IMG/VR virus record: IMGVR_UViG_3300044995_000307
Coordinates: 1-52,855 of that record
Source of the DNA: a virus
Taxonomy: Duplodnaviria > Caudoviricetes
Strand: one strand, 5' to 3'
Length of the DNA stretch: 52,855 nucleotides
Shown here: piece after piece, positions 1 through 9,908 of the stretch
Numbering within the stretch: the stretch's first letter is position 1
Layout of the letters: each line of letters opens with the position of its first letter
Position numbers and translations under genes: made by a program
Notes under the pieces: generated by a model
The model's input: the letters and a program-made list of their open reading frames with translations, nothing else
Told to the model about the DNA's origin: nothing
Database searches by the model: none

Positions 1-56
1 TCTATACAAACGACTTTTTGATTTATTCTAAATTTTGGCGGTCTATTTGGTAACAT
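1..56 (-). CDS. 5' part of a hypothetical protein (runs off left edge)
   Basis: Hand translation from ATG at 56: MLPNRPPKFRINQKVVCI..., open to the edge; overlaps the helicase stop. Confidence 0.5.
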   Translation of the reverse strand, partial: MLPNRPPKFRINQKVVCI

Positions 57-1971
57 CTTCTTTTATATTTAAAATTAATTTATTTTTGCATTCCCAAAGA
101 ATTTCTATTAATTTTTCTTTTTTTGTGCTATTACTTTCATAGCATATTAAACTATCATTCATTAAAGATATTTTGTTTTTATAAGCAATTTTGCCAGAAT
201 GTATAATTATTTTATCAAAATATGGAGTTTTTACATATGTAGAAAAGAAATCCCAAATAACAATTTTTCCAGTAAGTTGTATTTCTGTACTATAAGCCAA
301 ATGTTGCTCCACTTGTTTAATAAATTTTTCTTTTTCTTTCTCTTTTGTATTATTTTTTATTAAATTAATATCTATTTTTTTACCTTTTGTAGTTTCTATA
401 GAGATAAACATCTTTATTAATTCTTTACTAAATTTACTAAAAACGTCATAAATTTTGGATTTTACTAAATGCTTTTCAGACAATTGTTCATAAGTTCTGT
501 TATAATCACCCCAACTACTATCAGTTACCGATAAAACTTGCCTACTAAAAGAAAATTCTATAACATATTCTATACCATTACCTAATAGTAATGTAATTGG
601 TTCATATTCTTTTTCTAAATTTTTAACTCTTAATATGTTAGATAATTTTGATTTTTCTATTATAAAATTTCCAATTTCTAATTTTTGGTTTAGTACTTCT
701 TTATCTACTAATTCATTATGTTTAATTGCTTTTTCTAAAGAATTTGATAATGATTCTATATACTGATCAAGATCTATTTCAACTATTTCATCACAATATT
801 CAGAGTCTAAATCTTCTTCTAAATGTTCAGAATCACCATCTGTTTTTTTAACAAGTATTTTCTTTTTATTGGATTCATCTGTATAAGAACCATCCAGTGA
901 CCAAAATCTTTTTAGAGAAGGAGTACCATGCTCTCTAACGCAACCAGCATTATCTATTATTGTTAATATGTCTCCGTCTGATTTTAGCCTAAGACCTCTT
1001 CCAACCATTTGTAAGTACATTTGTAAAGATAATGTTGGTCTTAATAACTGAACACATTTTGTCTCTGGAAAATCAACACCTTCTATCATTGTTTCTATAG
1101 AGACAATATTTTGTATTAAATTATTAGTATAATCATTAAATATTTTTTCTCTCTCTTTTTCTGGAGTTAAACCATCTATGTATGCAGTTAGCCATCCTTC
1201 TCTGTTGTATCTTTCACAAATAATCTTTGCATGAGACCTGTCTACACAAAATATTAATGATTGTTTATCATTTGCATATTTTCTAAAAGAGTTAACAGCA
1301 TCTTCTATCCTTTTATCATCTTTCATATAGCTAGATAAAGATGATATTTTGTAATCAGCAGAATTTCTTTCTACAGATTTTTTAATATCTTTTGTTGGAG
1401 TACCATATATCTTATAATTTGATAGATAACCCATTGATATAAGATCTGCTGTATCTACATTCGATATAAGCTTTTCATAATACTTGTTCAATGGTTTTTT
1501 ATCTTTGCGTATAGGAGTTGCTGTTACTCCTAATAATTTGTAATTAGGATTATGATCTAAAATTCTGTTAAGAACTATTTCATAAGATTCAGACGCTGTT
1601 CTATGGGCTTCATCTATGATTACATAATCGAATGATTTATTTTTAATTTCTTCAAATCTATTATCTCTCACTAAAGTATTTATGCTGCCTATTAAAACAT
1701 TAGAATTTATATTTTCTTCTATTTTGCCAGCAACTAAACCAATTTCTATGTTAAGATTATTAAAATGGGTTTTTAGTTGCTTTAATAAACTTAGACGATG
1801 AGCTAGTACTAATATTCTTTTATTATTTAAAAATTCTTGAGAGACAAATTCTGATACAATAACACTTTTACCACCACCAGTAGGTAGAACATATAATACT
1901 GATTTATTTAAATCTTCATCAAAGGATTTTTTTATCTCATTTAAATCTTTTAATTGATAGTCTCTTAACAT
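43..1971 (-). CDS. Superfamily 2 DEAH-box helicase (RadD/YejH/IRC3-like)
   Basis: Q-motif LRDYQ, Walker A LPTGGGKS, DEAH, TAT (motif III), EGVD (V), QMVGRGLR (VI). Confidence 0.92.
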   Translation of the reverse strand: MLRDYQLKDLNEIKKSFDEDLNKSVLYVLPTGGGKSVIVSEFVSQEFLNNKRILVLAHRLSLLKQLKTHFNNLNIEIGLVAGKIEENINSNVLIGSINTLVRDNRFEEIKNKSFDYVIIDEAHRTASESYEIVLNRILDHNPNYKLLGVTATPIRKDKKPLNKYYEKLISNVDTADLISMGYLSNYKIYGTPTKDIKKSVERNSADYKISSLSSYMKDDKRIEDAVNSFRKYANDKQSLIFCVDRSHAKIICERYNREGWLTAYIDGLTPEKEREKIFNDYTNNLIQNIVSIETMIEGVDFPETKCVQLLRPTLSLQMYLQMVGRGLRLKSDGDILTIIDNAGCVREHGTPSLKRFWSLDGSYTDESNKKKILVKKTDGDSEHLEEDLDSEYCDEIVEIDLDQYIESLSNSLEKAIKHNELVDKEVLNQKLEIGNFIIEKSKLSNILRVKNLEKEYEPITLLLGNGIEYVIEFSFSRQVLSVTDSSWGDYNRTYEQLSEKHLVKSKIYDVFSKFSKELIKMFISIETTKGKKIDINLIKNNTKEKEKEKFIKQVEQHLAYSTEIQLTGKIVIWDFFSTYVKTPYFDKIIIHSGKIAYKNKISLMNDSLICYESNSTKKEKLIEILWECKNKLILNIKEDVTK

Positions 1972-2056
1972 GTAAATATAATAATCGCTAAAATAAAAAA
2001 TGTTTCAAAAATAATTATAAGTAAAATTACTTTTTTTAAAATTTACTAAAATAGTT

Positions 2057-2374
2057 TTATTCATTTTTTGTTTCAAGGAAAATTTCTGTCGTATAATTTA
2101 ATGTAATAGGATCAGACTCATAAAGATTAACAAGATATTGTACTTTATAATTACAATCGTCTTTGGATTCTATAACAACATGTAATAAACCATTGTTAGT
2201 AGTTATTATTGCGTTATTAAATATTTCTACGTTTAAATATTTGATTTTATCATCAGAATAATAAATTTTTTCTATACAACTATTATCATCATTTACAAGT
2301 AATTTTATTAACTTGGTTTGAGAATACGATAACAAAGATGTTATCAATAAAATGCTAGTTATGATATATTTCAT
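2057..2374 (-). CDS. Secreted hypothetical protein
   Basis: Signal-peptide-like N-terminus MKYIITSILLITSLLSYS|Q. Confidence 0.6.
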   Translation of the reverse strand: MKYIITSILLITSLLSYSQTKLIKLLVNDDNSCIEKIYYSDDKIKYLNVEIFNNAIITTNNGLLHVVIESKDDCNYKVQYLVNLYESDPITLNYTTEIFLETKNE

Positions 2375-2660
2375 TGGTTATTATTCTTAATAAGTGTGGT
2401 AATTCTTCTTGTCTAAAATGATTAAATGAAAATATAACAACTCTATTAGAGTTAATATTGGTCGCATCTACAGAAAACGCTTGTGATAAATCATATTTGT
2501 ATAAATGTATTGCCTCTATTTCTCTTATATTATTAGTATTAATAACCATAAAAAAGAAATTTTTGTTTAATAAAAGAAAATAGATCTCACCTTCTACAGA
2601 ATTATCTTTAGTAAAATTTAATCTGTTTGTTATATTTAGCAAAAATTCATTAGTTGTCAT
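2355..2660 (-). CDS. Hypothetical protein
   Basis: 101 aa ORF overlapping neighbours in a tightly packed minus-strand run. Confidence 0.55.
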   Translation of the reverse strand: MTTNEFLLNITNRLNFTKDNSVEGEIYFLLLNKNFFFMVINTNNIREIEAIHLYKYDLSQAFSVDATNINSNRVVIFSFNHFRQEELPHLLRIITNEIYHN

Positions 2661-2835
2661 TGTTTATTTTAGATAAAGTTTGCCCAAAAATATTTTTATC
2701 TAAAGATCCTATTGCAGTTAAAGCCACTAGCTTAGTTCTTCTTTTTAATGAATCTTTAGACATATTTGAGATATATTTATCTTTACAGATAGTATCTAAT
2801 CTCTCATTAATGCTGAACAATACTTGTGGTATCAT
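2650..2835 (-). CDS. Small hypothetical protein
   Basis: 61 aa ORF filling the gap between co-oriented genes. Confidence 0.4.
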   Translation of the reverse strand: MIPQVLFSINERLDTICKDKYISNMSKDSLKRRTKLVALTAIGSLDKNIFGQTLSKINNDN

Positions 2836-3457
2836 AAAGTACAGTTTTTAAATTTTCTAAATTTTTTATTTCTTCTAACAAAATTGTATAGTAACCTAAT
2901 TCTTTTTTTATTAAAACGTAATCATGTAAAATGTCTACATTTCTAATATTTCCAAGAATACAAACTGTTTCATCTGATTCTTCATACTCCTTAAAATTTT
3001 CGACAAAATCTATTAACTCATCTAACTCACTATCTTTAAATTTTATAACACAATTGTTATATTTGTTTAATAATAAGTAATTGGTCTTTATAACTGGTCT
3101 TGAATTAAATAATTTTCTTAATTGCATGTTCGATCTAAATATAATTCTATCAAGAGTATGGTCTACCCAGATATCTACTTTTTGTCCTTTTTTAAATAAA
3201 TCAACATGTCCTATGTTGATTAAATTTTGTAGATAATTATCTTCTACTTTTGTTAATGATACAATATTAAAAATTTTATTGTCTATATTTTCTGTTGATA
3301 TTGCTATGGTTGCATCATTAGAGCATATTTTTTTCACACAATTAATAAAGTTTGTAACATCATCATTATCGCCTAATATTTCTATAAAACTAGAAATATT
3401 GTTTATGTCATATTGACAATTATTTTTTACAAAACCCATAATAATTTTATTAGGCAT
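2807..3457 (-). CDS. Hypothetical protein
   Basis: 216 aa ORF in AT-rich DNA; no motif recognised. Confidence 0.7.
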   Translation of the reverse strand: MPNKIIMGFVKNNCQYDINNISSFIEILGDNDDVTNFINCVKKICSNDATIAISTENIDNKIFNIVSLTKVEDNYLQNLINIGHVDLFKKGQKVDIWVDHTLDRIIFRSNMQLRKLFNSRPVIKTNYLLLNKYNNCVIKFKDSELDELIDFVENFKEYEESDETVCILGNIRNVDILHDYVLIKKELGYYTILLEEIKNLENLKTVLYDTTSIVQH

Positions 3458-3520
3458 AAATTTTAAAAATTAATTTTGTGAAATTGCTAAATGTATTAGT
3501 ATAAAGAAGATATTAAAAGC

Positions 3521-4012
3521 TTAATTAAAATCTTCCCCATTAGAAAAACTATTAAGTAATAATATAAATTCAAATTTATCTGAACAAAGATATTTTAACT
3601 TATCATTAATATGATGAGAAGACCCACCATAAATTATAGATTTAGACATATTTCTATATCCATAATTTTCTACAAAAGACGATAGATTCTTGTGATCTTT
3701 AAAATAGAATACATGAAAATTATCAAAATTATCATATAATGCTTTATTGTTTTTTATTATTTCATACCCATAGCATAAACAAAAATTATCATTTCTAACA
3801 GTTATTACTTCATTGTCTATTTGTATAGATAAAATTCCATTTCTCAAAAATAATGAACACTTTTCTTTTAGCCCATACATAGAAAATTCACAAAAAATAT
3901 CATAAAATACGTTTGAATCATTATGTAAATTTGATACTTCATTAGCAATTAAATGAGATCCAAAGATTTTTTCTATAATAAAGCTTTTTCCAAAAAAGAA
4001 TATATGTAACAT
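3521..4012 (-). CDS. Hypothetical protein
   Basis: 163 aa ORF preceded by TTGAAAC...ATATAT. Confidence 0.65.
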   Translation of the reverse strand: MLHIFFFGKSFIIEKIFGSHLIANEVSNLHNDSNVFYDIFCEFSMYGLKEKCSLFLRNGILSIQIDNEVITVRNDNFCLCYGYEIIKNNKALYDNFDNFHVFYFKDHKNLSSFVENYGYRNMSKSIIYGGSSHHINDKLKYLCSDKFEFILLLNSFSNGEDFN

Positions 4013-4061
4013 TAAATAAGATTTTTATTAATATATCCTGTATTAATTAATGTTTCAAACA

Positions 4062-4238
4062 TTAATTGTTGATTTTGGAAAAATTAATAGCTTTTCTTTT
4101 AGAAATTTTTCCCATACCACCACAAACTTTACAATCTTTTTTTTCACCTTTACATGCAGGACAATCAACTAAAGAATCTAAATCATTATTGATTAAATTA
4201 GACTCACTAACATTAACAAGTTTTTTTCCTTTTGCCAT
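4062..4238 (-). CDS. Small zinc-finger protein (DnaJ-type CxxCxG pair); missing from ORF track
   Basis: Hand translation, 58 aa: MAKGKKLVNVSESNLINNDLDSLVDCPACKGEKKDCKVCGGMGKISKRKAINFSKINN. Confidence 0.7.
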   Translation of the reverse strand: MAKGKKLVNVSESNLINNDLDSLVDCPACKGEKKDCKVCGGMGKISKRKAINFSKINN

Positions 4239-4241
4239 AAC

Positions 4242-4514
4242 TCATATGATTTGCTGAATATTTATTTTATTTTTTATTATAAAAGAATCTATATCAACAC
4301 CTAAATCAGCAATATTATTTTCTAATTCATCTAACAAAATGTCCTTTTGTAATGAACAATGTTTTTTAACAAGTTTGAATAAACCATCATCAAAACTAAA
4401 TAAATTACCTATTAATGTTTCTTTCAATTGCTCGGTTACAAGAAAAATTTTCTTCTCTTTCTCATATATTATAAAAAATACTGATTTTCTTTTTAAATCT
4501 ATGTACTCACACAT
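4242..4514 (-). CDS. Hypothetical protein
   Basis: 90 aa ORF in operon-like spacing. Confidence 0.55.
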   Translation of the reverse strand: MCEYIDLKRKSVFFIIYEKEKKIFLVTEQLKETLIGNLFSFDDGLFKLVKKHCSLQKDILLDELENNIADLGVDIDSFIIKNKINIQQII

Positions 4515-4521
4515 AAATTAT

Positions 4522-4974
4522 TTAATAAACTGGATGGTTTACTGTAGAACAAAGACCAGAATAACTACCCCAATTTTCTTTAAATTTTTTAGAAGCAACC
4601 TCTATTTCTTCTTTATATTGTGAATTCTTAATTATAAAAGTAACTATAGCTAACTGTAATAATTTAAGAAATTGTTCACTACTTAGTATAGTAGATTGTT
4701 CATTAAGATATGCTAAAAGGTTATCTGGTGATTTAAATATAGATCTGCTAAAATTTTTAGAAAATTTTGCTTTTGGTAAATATTCTTGACAAAAATTACT
4801 GATTGATAACAAATCAGATATTTTTTCTATTTGGGAGTATCCTTTTTTATTTATACAAGCTATAGCTGTATTATAAGAAGCTTCTATTAATTTTTTACTA
4901 TTTGCTTCTTTATGATAAAAAAAAGGTTTAGCTCCTAAAGTAAATAAGTAGTCTCTAATTAAAAAAATTTTCAT
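4522..4974 (-). CDS. Hypothetical protein
   Basis: 150 aa ORF. Confidence 0.6.
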   Translation of the reverse strand: MKIFLIRDYLFTLGAKPFFYHKEANSKKLIEASYNTAIACINKKGYSQIEKISDLLSISNFCQEYLPKAKFSKNFSRSIFKSPDNLLAYLNEQSTILSSEQFLKLLQLAIVTFIIKNSQYKEEIEVASKKFKENWGSYSGLCSTVNHPVY

Positions 4975-4988
4975 AACGTATTTATAAA

Positions 4989-5585
4989 ATGTATATTAGT
5001 AAATTTCACATAAAACCTTTAATAAATTGTTTTGAAAACAAAGAAAAATCAAATAATAATGTTTCAGAAGTTATTGGCTCTCTTAGAAAACCAGACAACA
5101 TTACTAACATAGAAAAATCATATCCAAAAGTTTTATTTGATACTATTATAGATGGTGATGTTTATAAAGTAGAAGTTATTTTTAGTAAAAAAATCATTAA
5201 CAAAGAAGTATCGATAGAGATAAGTGCTAATTTTCATATTGAAGATAAAAAAATAACTGATTTATCTAATAAAAATCAACAATTTTCTGTTACTAGTAAA
5301 ATATTTTATTCTATATTAAAAGTTATTAGTTTATTAGAAGATAGTTTCTTTAAAACAAATAATATAAAGTTTTCAGCAATAAAAATAGTAGGCGTTAGTA
5401 GAGAAGGCAAAGATAATGAAAAAAATAATGCTAGATTAAAATTATATTCTATATACATTAAGCATATATTGAATAAAATTGGGAAAAAAGTGAATACAAT
5501 AAAACATTTTATTGATTATGGAGATTTAGGATTTTATATGGAAGTAGAACCTTTTACAAAAGAAGACATTAAATCTATTTTATAA
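4989..5585 (+). CDS. Hypothetical protein
   Basis: 198 aa ORF, divergent from the previous gene. Confidence 0.7.
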   Translation: MYISKFHIKPLINCFENKEKSNNNVSEVIGSLRKPDNITNIEKSYPKVLFDTIIDGDVYKVEVIFSKKIINKEVSIEISANFHIEDKKITDLSNKNQQFSVTSKIFYSILKVISLLEDSFFKTNNIKFSAIKIVGVSREGKDNEKNNARLKLYSIYIKHILNKIGKKVNTIKHFIDYGDLGFYMEVEPFTKEDIKSIL

Positions 5586-5586
5586 A

Positions 5587-5715
5587 TTACTTCTTAGAAG
5601 AAACTATAATATCTCTAAATATTTTTATAAGGTCTCCTATTCTTTTTAATAAGATTATATTAATAATTAACATAGAAAATGTCATTATCGATAAAATGAT
5701 AACATAAATTTCCAT
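5587..5715 (-). CDS. Small single-pass membrane peptide
   Basis: ATG at 5715, 4 nt after the helicase stop, gives 42 aa MEIYVIILSIMTFSMLIINIILLKR...; better than the overlapping 5796 start. Confidence 0.5.
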   Translation of the reverse strand: MEIYVIILSIMTFSMLIINIILLKRIGDLIKIFRDIIVSSKK

Positions 5716-5719
5716 ATTG

Positions 5720-7024
5720 CTAACACTCAATAGATTTTGTTTTATTTTTAAAATAATCTTTATAAAATTCAAGTATTCTTTTATCCAAAAATACATCTGA
5801 TCTTTTTAATGGTCTTATTAAAGTTATTCCTTTTAATGTTCTACACCTACTCATGGCAACGTAAACCTGACCACTTGCAAAAGCTCCATTGCCAAAATCT
5901 ATATTTACTTTATCTAAAGTAGCTCCTTGCATTTTGTGAGTAGTCATTGCCCAAGCTAAAGTAACTGGCAGCTGTATCATTTTTCCAGAAGGTTTTGACT
6001 CTATTTTTTTATCTTTTTTAGAAAATGAATAATCAACTGATGTGTATTCTTTTCTATTAACTAAAAATTGTTGATTTCCTATTTGAACAATTATATAGTC
6101 TAAATTATTAGAAATATCAACAACAGTGGCTATTGTACCGTTATACCAGCGTCCTTCTACATCATTACTTCTCATCATTACTCTTGCACCAACTTTTAAA
6201 AATATTTCTTCATCAACTGGACAAGAATTAGGATTAAAAGAACCTTCTACTTCTGCTTTAAAAACAAATAATTTACTATTTAATTTTGATAGCTGCTTTT
6301 CATTTATTTGCTTAGCTATAGCGTTTGTGCTACAAATAGTAGTAGTATTAAAATAATCTACATCTGGATTATAGCATATCTTATTAATACTAGCTATTTC
6401 ATCTTCTGATATTTGATCATATTTAATTTTATTAAGTAAGTTAATAAAGTTAGTATTATTTTGTCTAAAAACTTTAGTAAAAGGAACTCTGTGATAAAAA
6501 GAATTTGATAAGCAATTAGAAGAAAAAAAGAATTCTGTTTTATACAATGATTTAATCATGTCTTTGTCACCACCTTCTTTGATTACTGGTGGTAATTGAC
6601 ATAAGTCCCCAATCATTATAATTTGTTTTCCTGCAAAGGGTGCATTGTCGCCAAGATTTATTTTAAAAAAATTATCTATATAATCAAGGAGATCTGCTCT
6701 AACCATAGATATCTCATCAATTATAACAGTATCTATATTTCTATAAACGTCTAATAATTCTCCATTTATTATTCTTACATCATGGTGCGTTAACGGTTTA
6801 GGTGGTGCATGAAAAAATTTGTGTATAGTAGTACCGCCAATATTTACAGCAGCTACTCCAGTAGGTGCTACTAATACAGTTTTTTTCTTAGTATTATTAA
6901 TAAAATACTTTATAAATGTACTTTTACCGCTACCAGCATCACCCAGTATTAATAAATTATCATTAGTATCATTAGCAATTTTAAATGCTAATTCAAATTC
7001 ATCAGTTAAAATTATTTTGTCCAT
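5720..7024 (-). CDS. PIF1/RecD-like superfamily 1B DNA helicase
   Basis: GDAGSGKS, APTGVAA, TIH, DEISM, GDLCQLPPV, FRQ, LAWAMTTHKMQG, GQVYVAMSR. Confidence 0.93.
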   Translation of the reverse strand: MDKIILTDEFELAFKIANDTNDNLLILGDAGSGKSTFIKYFINNTKKKTVLVAPTGVAAVNIGGTTIHKFFHAPPKPLTHHDVRIINGELLDVYRNIDTVIIDEISMVRADLLDYIDNFFKINLGDNAPFAGKQIIMIGDLCQLPPVIKEGGDKDMIKSLYKTEFFFSSNCLSNSFYHRVPFTKVFRQNNTNFINLLNKIKYDQISEDEIASINKICYNPDVDYFNTTTICSTNAIAKQINEKQLSKLNSKLFVFKAEVEGSFNPNSCPVDEEIFLKVGARVMMRSNDVEGRWYNGTIATVVDISNNLDYIIVQIGNQQFLVNRKEYTSVDYSFSKKDKKIESKPSGKMIQLPVTLAWAMTTHKMQGATLDKVNIDFGNGAFASGQVYVAMSRCRTLKGITLIRPLKRSDVFLDKRILEFYKDYFKNKTKSIEC

Positions 7025-7111
7025 ATTATTATAATTACATTATTTCATTAGTACAGTTTCTTTAAATAAATAATATATCTTAAAAATATTGAACTAAAAA
7101 AACATATAAAA

Positions 7112-7630
7112 ATGATAAAAAGAGAAGTTAAATTAGCTAAAAGATTACCATTATTGGAAAATTTGACAATAGTATATGGTAGAAATTTATCAAAATTATT
7201 TGAATCTCAAGATATATCTGAAAAAGAATACAATGAGGAAGATTTATTAGATCTTGATGAACAAAAAATTATGGAAGCTGTTAATGCAGCTGAATTAAAG
7301 CCAGGAGACAAGATTTTATTAAACCATAAAACAGACGGAGAAATTGAAGCAGCTGTAAAAAAAGTTGTTGGTGATAGAATCTATTGGGCTAATCCAGATG
7401 GTAAAATGGGTTCTCTTTCAGTAAAGAACGCTATTAAAAAAATTGGTAAACCAAAAGAACCAACTAATACTAATGAAGAAAAAATTTCTAAAAGAAAAGA
7501 ATTATTTAAGAAAATTAGTGAATCAAAAAAATTAGCTAATACTAATGAAGAAAAAATTTCTAAAAGAAAAGAATTATTTAAGAAAATTAGTGAATCAAAA
7601 AAATTAGATAGATTCAAAAGATCATTATAA
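7112..7630 (+). CDS. Hypothetical protein with SH3/KOW-like core and duplicated C-terminal segment
   Basis: LKPGDKILL...VKKVVGDRIYW; NTNEEKISKRKELFKKISESKKL occurs twice. Confidence 0.7.
   Translation: MIKREVKLAKRLPLLENLTIVYGRNLSKLFESQDISEKEYNEEDLLDLDEQKIMEAVNAAELKPGDKILLNHKTDGEIEAAVKKVVGDRIYWANPDGKMGSLSVKNAIKKIGKPKEPTNTNEEKISKRKELFKKISESKKLANTNEEKISKRKELFKKISESKKLDRFKRSL
7464..7607 (+). repeat. Perfect 72 bp x2 in-frame tandem duplication
   Basis: 7464-7535 is identical to 7536-7607. Confidence 0.95.
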
Positions 7631-7648
7631 TTAGAATTTATTCTTTAA

Positions 7649-7682
7649 TTTTTTAGGCTGATCAGTTGATCAGCCTAAAAAA
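7649..7682. terminator. Intrinsic terminator-like hairpin
   Basis: ttttttaggctgatca-gt-tgatcagcctaaaaaa perfect inverted repeat. Confidence 0.8.
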
Positions 7683-7718
7683 TATCATAATATATACACC
7701 ATATTCAAAATAAGCAAT

Positions 7719-8096
7719 ATGGATAAAATAGTAATACAAAAAGAATTAGAAGAAATTTATACAGAATTATTAGAAGAAGAAGACAACAAAACTATAACTA
7801 ATCCTATAGAAAAAGAATTTTTGGAAGGTAAAAAAATAGGGTTACAAGAATCTTTAGAAGAATACAAAGTTTTTCTAAATAAATGTAATGATGCTACTAG
7901 TTTTTCTATAGGAGTAATTTCTTTTAACAATGAAAAAATAAAAGACTTACTAAAAGAAAGAGATGAATTTTCTGGTAGCAATAGAGAAAAAGGAATTTTG
8001 TTTGGACACATTGCTTTTAATTCAATTATTAATACTTATTTGCTAGAACTGGGTAGCAGATTAGCTAAAGAAGCTTATATTTCTAATAATAAATAA
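7719..8096 (+). CDS. Hypothetical protein
   Basis: 125 aa helical, acidic ORF upstream of the tail tube gene. Confidence 0.7.
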   Translation: MDKIVIQKELEEIYTELLEEEDNKTITNPIEKEFLEGKKIGLQESLEEYKVFLNKCNDATSFSIGVISFNNEKIKDLLKERDEFSGSNREKGILFGHIAFNSIINTYLLELGSRLAKEAYISNNK

Positions 8097-8113
8097 AGAA
8101 AATTAAAATAGTC

Positions 8114-8692
8114 ATGGCTCAAAATGAATATTCTTTTAGTGGAAGCAAAACATCAGTTTCTAAAGATGAACCACTATTTTTAACAAAGTTTAAAGTTACT
8201 TTTGTATTGCCTCCACCATTACAGGCACAATTTGATAGTTCCATATTATCAGAACAATTACAAAAAATTGCAGGATTTGATGTAGATAGATTACCAGCAC
8301 CAGTAGAACAATATTATAGATCTTTAAAAAGAAGATTTGTTGGTACTGTTGCTACAGATGGTGATGCTATTGATTTAGATGTTACTTTTAATGTTAACGT
8401 TAATAAAGATGGTATTATATATCCTTATAATATTTTAAGAGCTTGGAGCAAGTTGTGCTATGATCCTAGAACTGGTTTACAATTATTAAAGCCAGATTAT
8501 ACTGGTCAAATAGTTGTAGAATTAGCTAATAAAGTTGGTACTGTTTTAAAGAAATTTTATTCACCATGTATTTTCCCATCTAAACCAATTAACTCTTATG
8601 ATTTAGAATATAAAAGCGAAAACATGTATGAATTAAACATGGCTTTTGCGGTAGAAGATTGGACTGAACTTATTATAGGCGATCCACAATAA
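8114..8692 (+). CDS. Tail tube protein (T4 gp19-like)
   Basis: 192 aa; EPLFLTKFKVTF, RAWSKLCYDPRTG..KPDYTG, FP...LEY pattern; sheath gene nearby. Confidence 0.75.
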   Translation: MAQNEYSFSGSKTSVSKDEPLFLTKFKVTFVLPPPLQAQFDSSILSEQLQKIAGFDVDRLPAPVEQYYRSLKRRFVGTVATDGDAIDLDVTFNVNVNKDGIIYPYNILRAWSKLCYDPRTGLQLLKPDYTGQIVVELANKVGTVLKKFYSPCIFPSKPINSYDLEYKSENMYELNMAFAVEDWTELIIGDPQ

Positions 8693-8720
8693 AGTTGTAA
8701 CAGAATTATTAAAAAACATA

Positions 8721-8761
8721 TTTAATTTTTAAGCTACTCAAAAGGTAGCTTAAAAATTAAA
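8721..8761. terminator. Bidirectional terminator-like hairpin between convergent genes
   Basis: tttaatttttaagctac-tcaaaag-gtagcttaaaaattaaa. Confidence 0.75.
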
Positions 8762-9484
8762 TTCATATTTTTTAATATAAAATTTTTTTTCAGAAAAGTC
8801 TAATTTATCTTTAGCAGAAATCTCATTATATATGTTGATTAGGTTATTACCATACCTAATAGTTTTTAAATTATTAAATTTTATAACTACTTTTATAGTT
8901 TTATCAAAATCAGTTATCAAATAATCATTTGTATTTGGTGGATATATTGCATAAATTAATTGCTGAAAAATTTCTTTCTCTAAGAAAACATTAATTCTAG
9001 GGTCTTCATTACCCCATTTTAAAAATTCTTTAACATTTTCAAAGCCATTTTGTAAAATATCCTTCAGATGCTGATTGTTATTAATTAATTTTACTGATTG
9101 AGTATTATTTAATACCAGCTCAAGAGAGTGATTACTATAAAATAATATATTAATCTCATTTGATAGAAAATCTTCTTCTAATGGTAGCTCCTTTTCACCA
9201 TATATTTTACAAACAACCGTATTGCCATATTTTATTTTTAAAATGTGATTAGAAATTATTTCTTTGCCACCATTTTTATCATTTATATTAAGATCTTTAA
9301 TAAGTTTTTGCCAATTATCTTTATTAAGATACTTTACAATAGCAGTCTTATTTTTATTAAAATGAGATGCACATTCATTCCAAATACTTAACAAATAATT
9401 GTAAGTTAGACTATTTTCCTTTTCCTTAATTCTATACAAGGTTGAATTTTTTTCGTAATAAAGCTGAAAATCTTTCTTGTTCAT
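8750..9484 (-). CDS. Hypothetical protein
   Basis: 244 aa ORF. Confidence 0.7.
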   Translation of the reverse strand: MNKKDFQLYYEKNSTLYRIKEKENSLTYNYLLSIWNECASHFNKNKTAIVKYLNKDNWQKLIKDLNINDKNGGKEIISNHILKIKYGNTVVCKIYGEKELPLEEDFLSNEINILFYSNHSLELVLNNTQSVKLINNNQHLKDILQNGFENVKEFLKWGNEDPRINVFLEKEIFQQLIYAIYPPNTNDYLITDFDKTIKVVIKFNNLKTIRYGNNLINIYNEISAKDKLDFSEKKFYIKKYEFNF

Positions 9485-9881
9485 TTAGCAATATTTTATT
9501 TCTTAAAAAATTTATAAAAGCAAATATTTTTGTATCATATATGTCACTAGGTTCTTTTTCTATTGGAAAATAATTATTATAAAAATAGTCTAAATTGATT
9601 ATAGCGAATTTCAATTTGCCGTATTTGTTTATCCAATCACAAGTTTTTATAAAAAATTCAAGATGATGTTTATAAATATTTATATATGGATTATTAAGTA
9701 AATCTACACAAACAGATTCACTAAATATATCATTTATAAATGATTCTTCAATATCTCTTAATTTGTTTTCAATATATTGAGATTCATGCTTAAATTTTCT
9801 ATTAATTTCCCTATTAGAAAATTTTTCATTAAAATTAGGAAATACTAAATCAAATTTTGTTCTCTTTGTTACTGCTTTCAT
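9432..9881 (-). CDS. Hypothetical protein
   Basis: 149 aa ORF. Confidence 0.65.
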   Translation of the reverse strand: MKAVTKRTKFDLVFPNFNEKFSNREINRKFKHESQYIENKLRDIEESFINDIFSESVCVDLLNNPYINIYKHHLEFFIKTCDWINKYGKLKFAIINLDYFYNNYFPIEKEPSDIYDTKIFAFINFLRNKILLNEQERFSALLRKKFNLV

Positions 9882-9908
9882 CTATCATTAGTAATTAATA
9901 AGATTATT

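Noticed and set aside
4066-4257. Plus-strand 63 aa ORF
   Set aside because: Antisense to the better-supported zinc-finger ORF 4062..4238.
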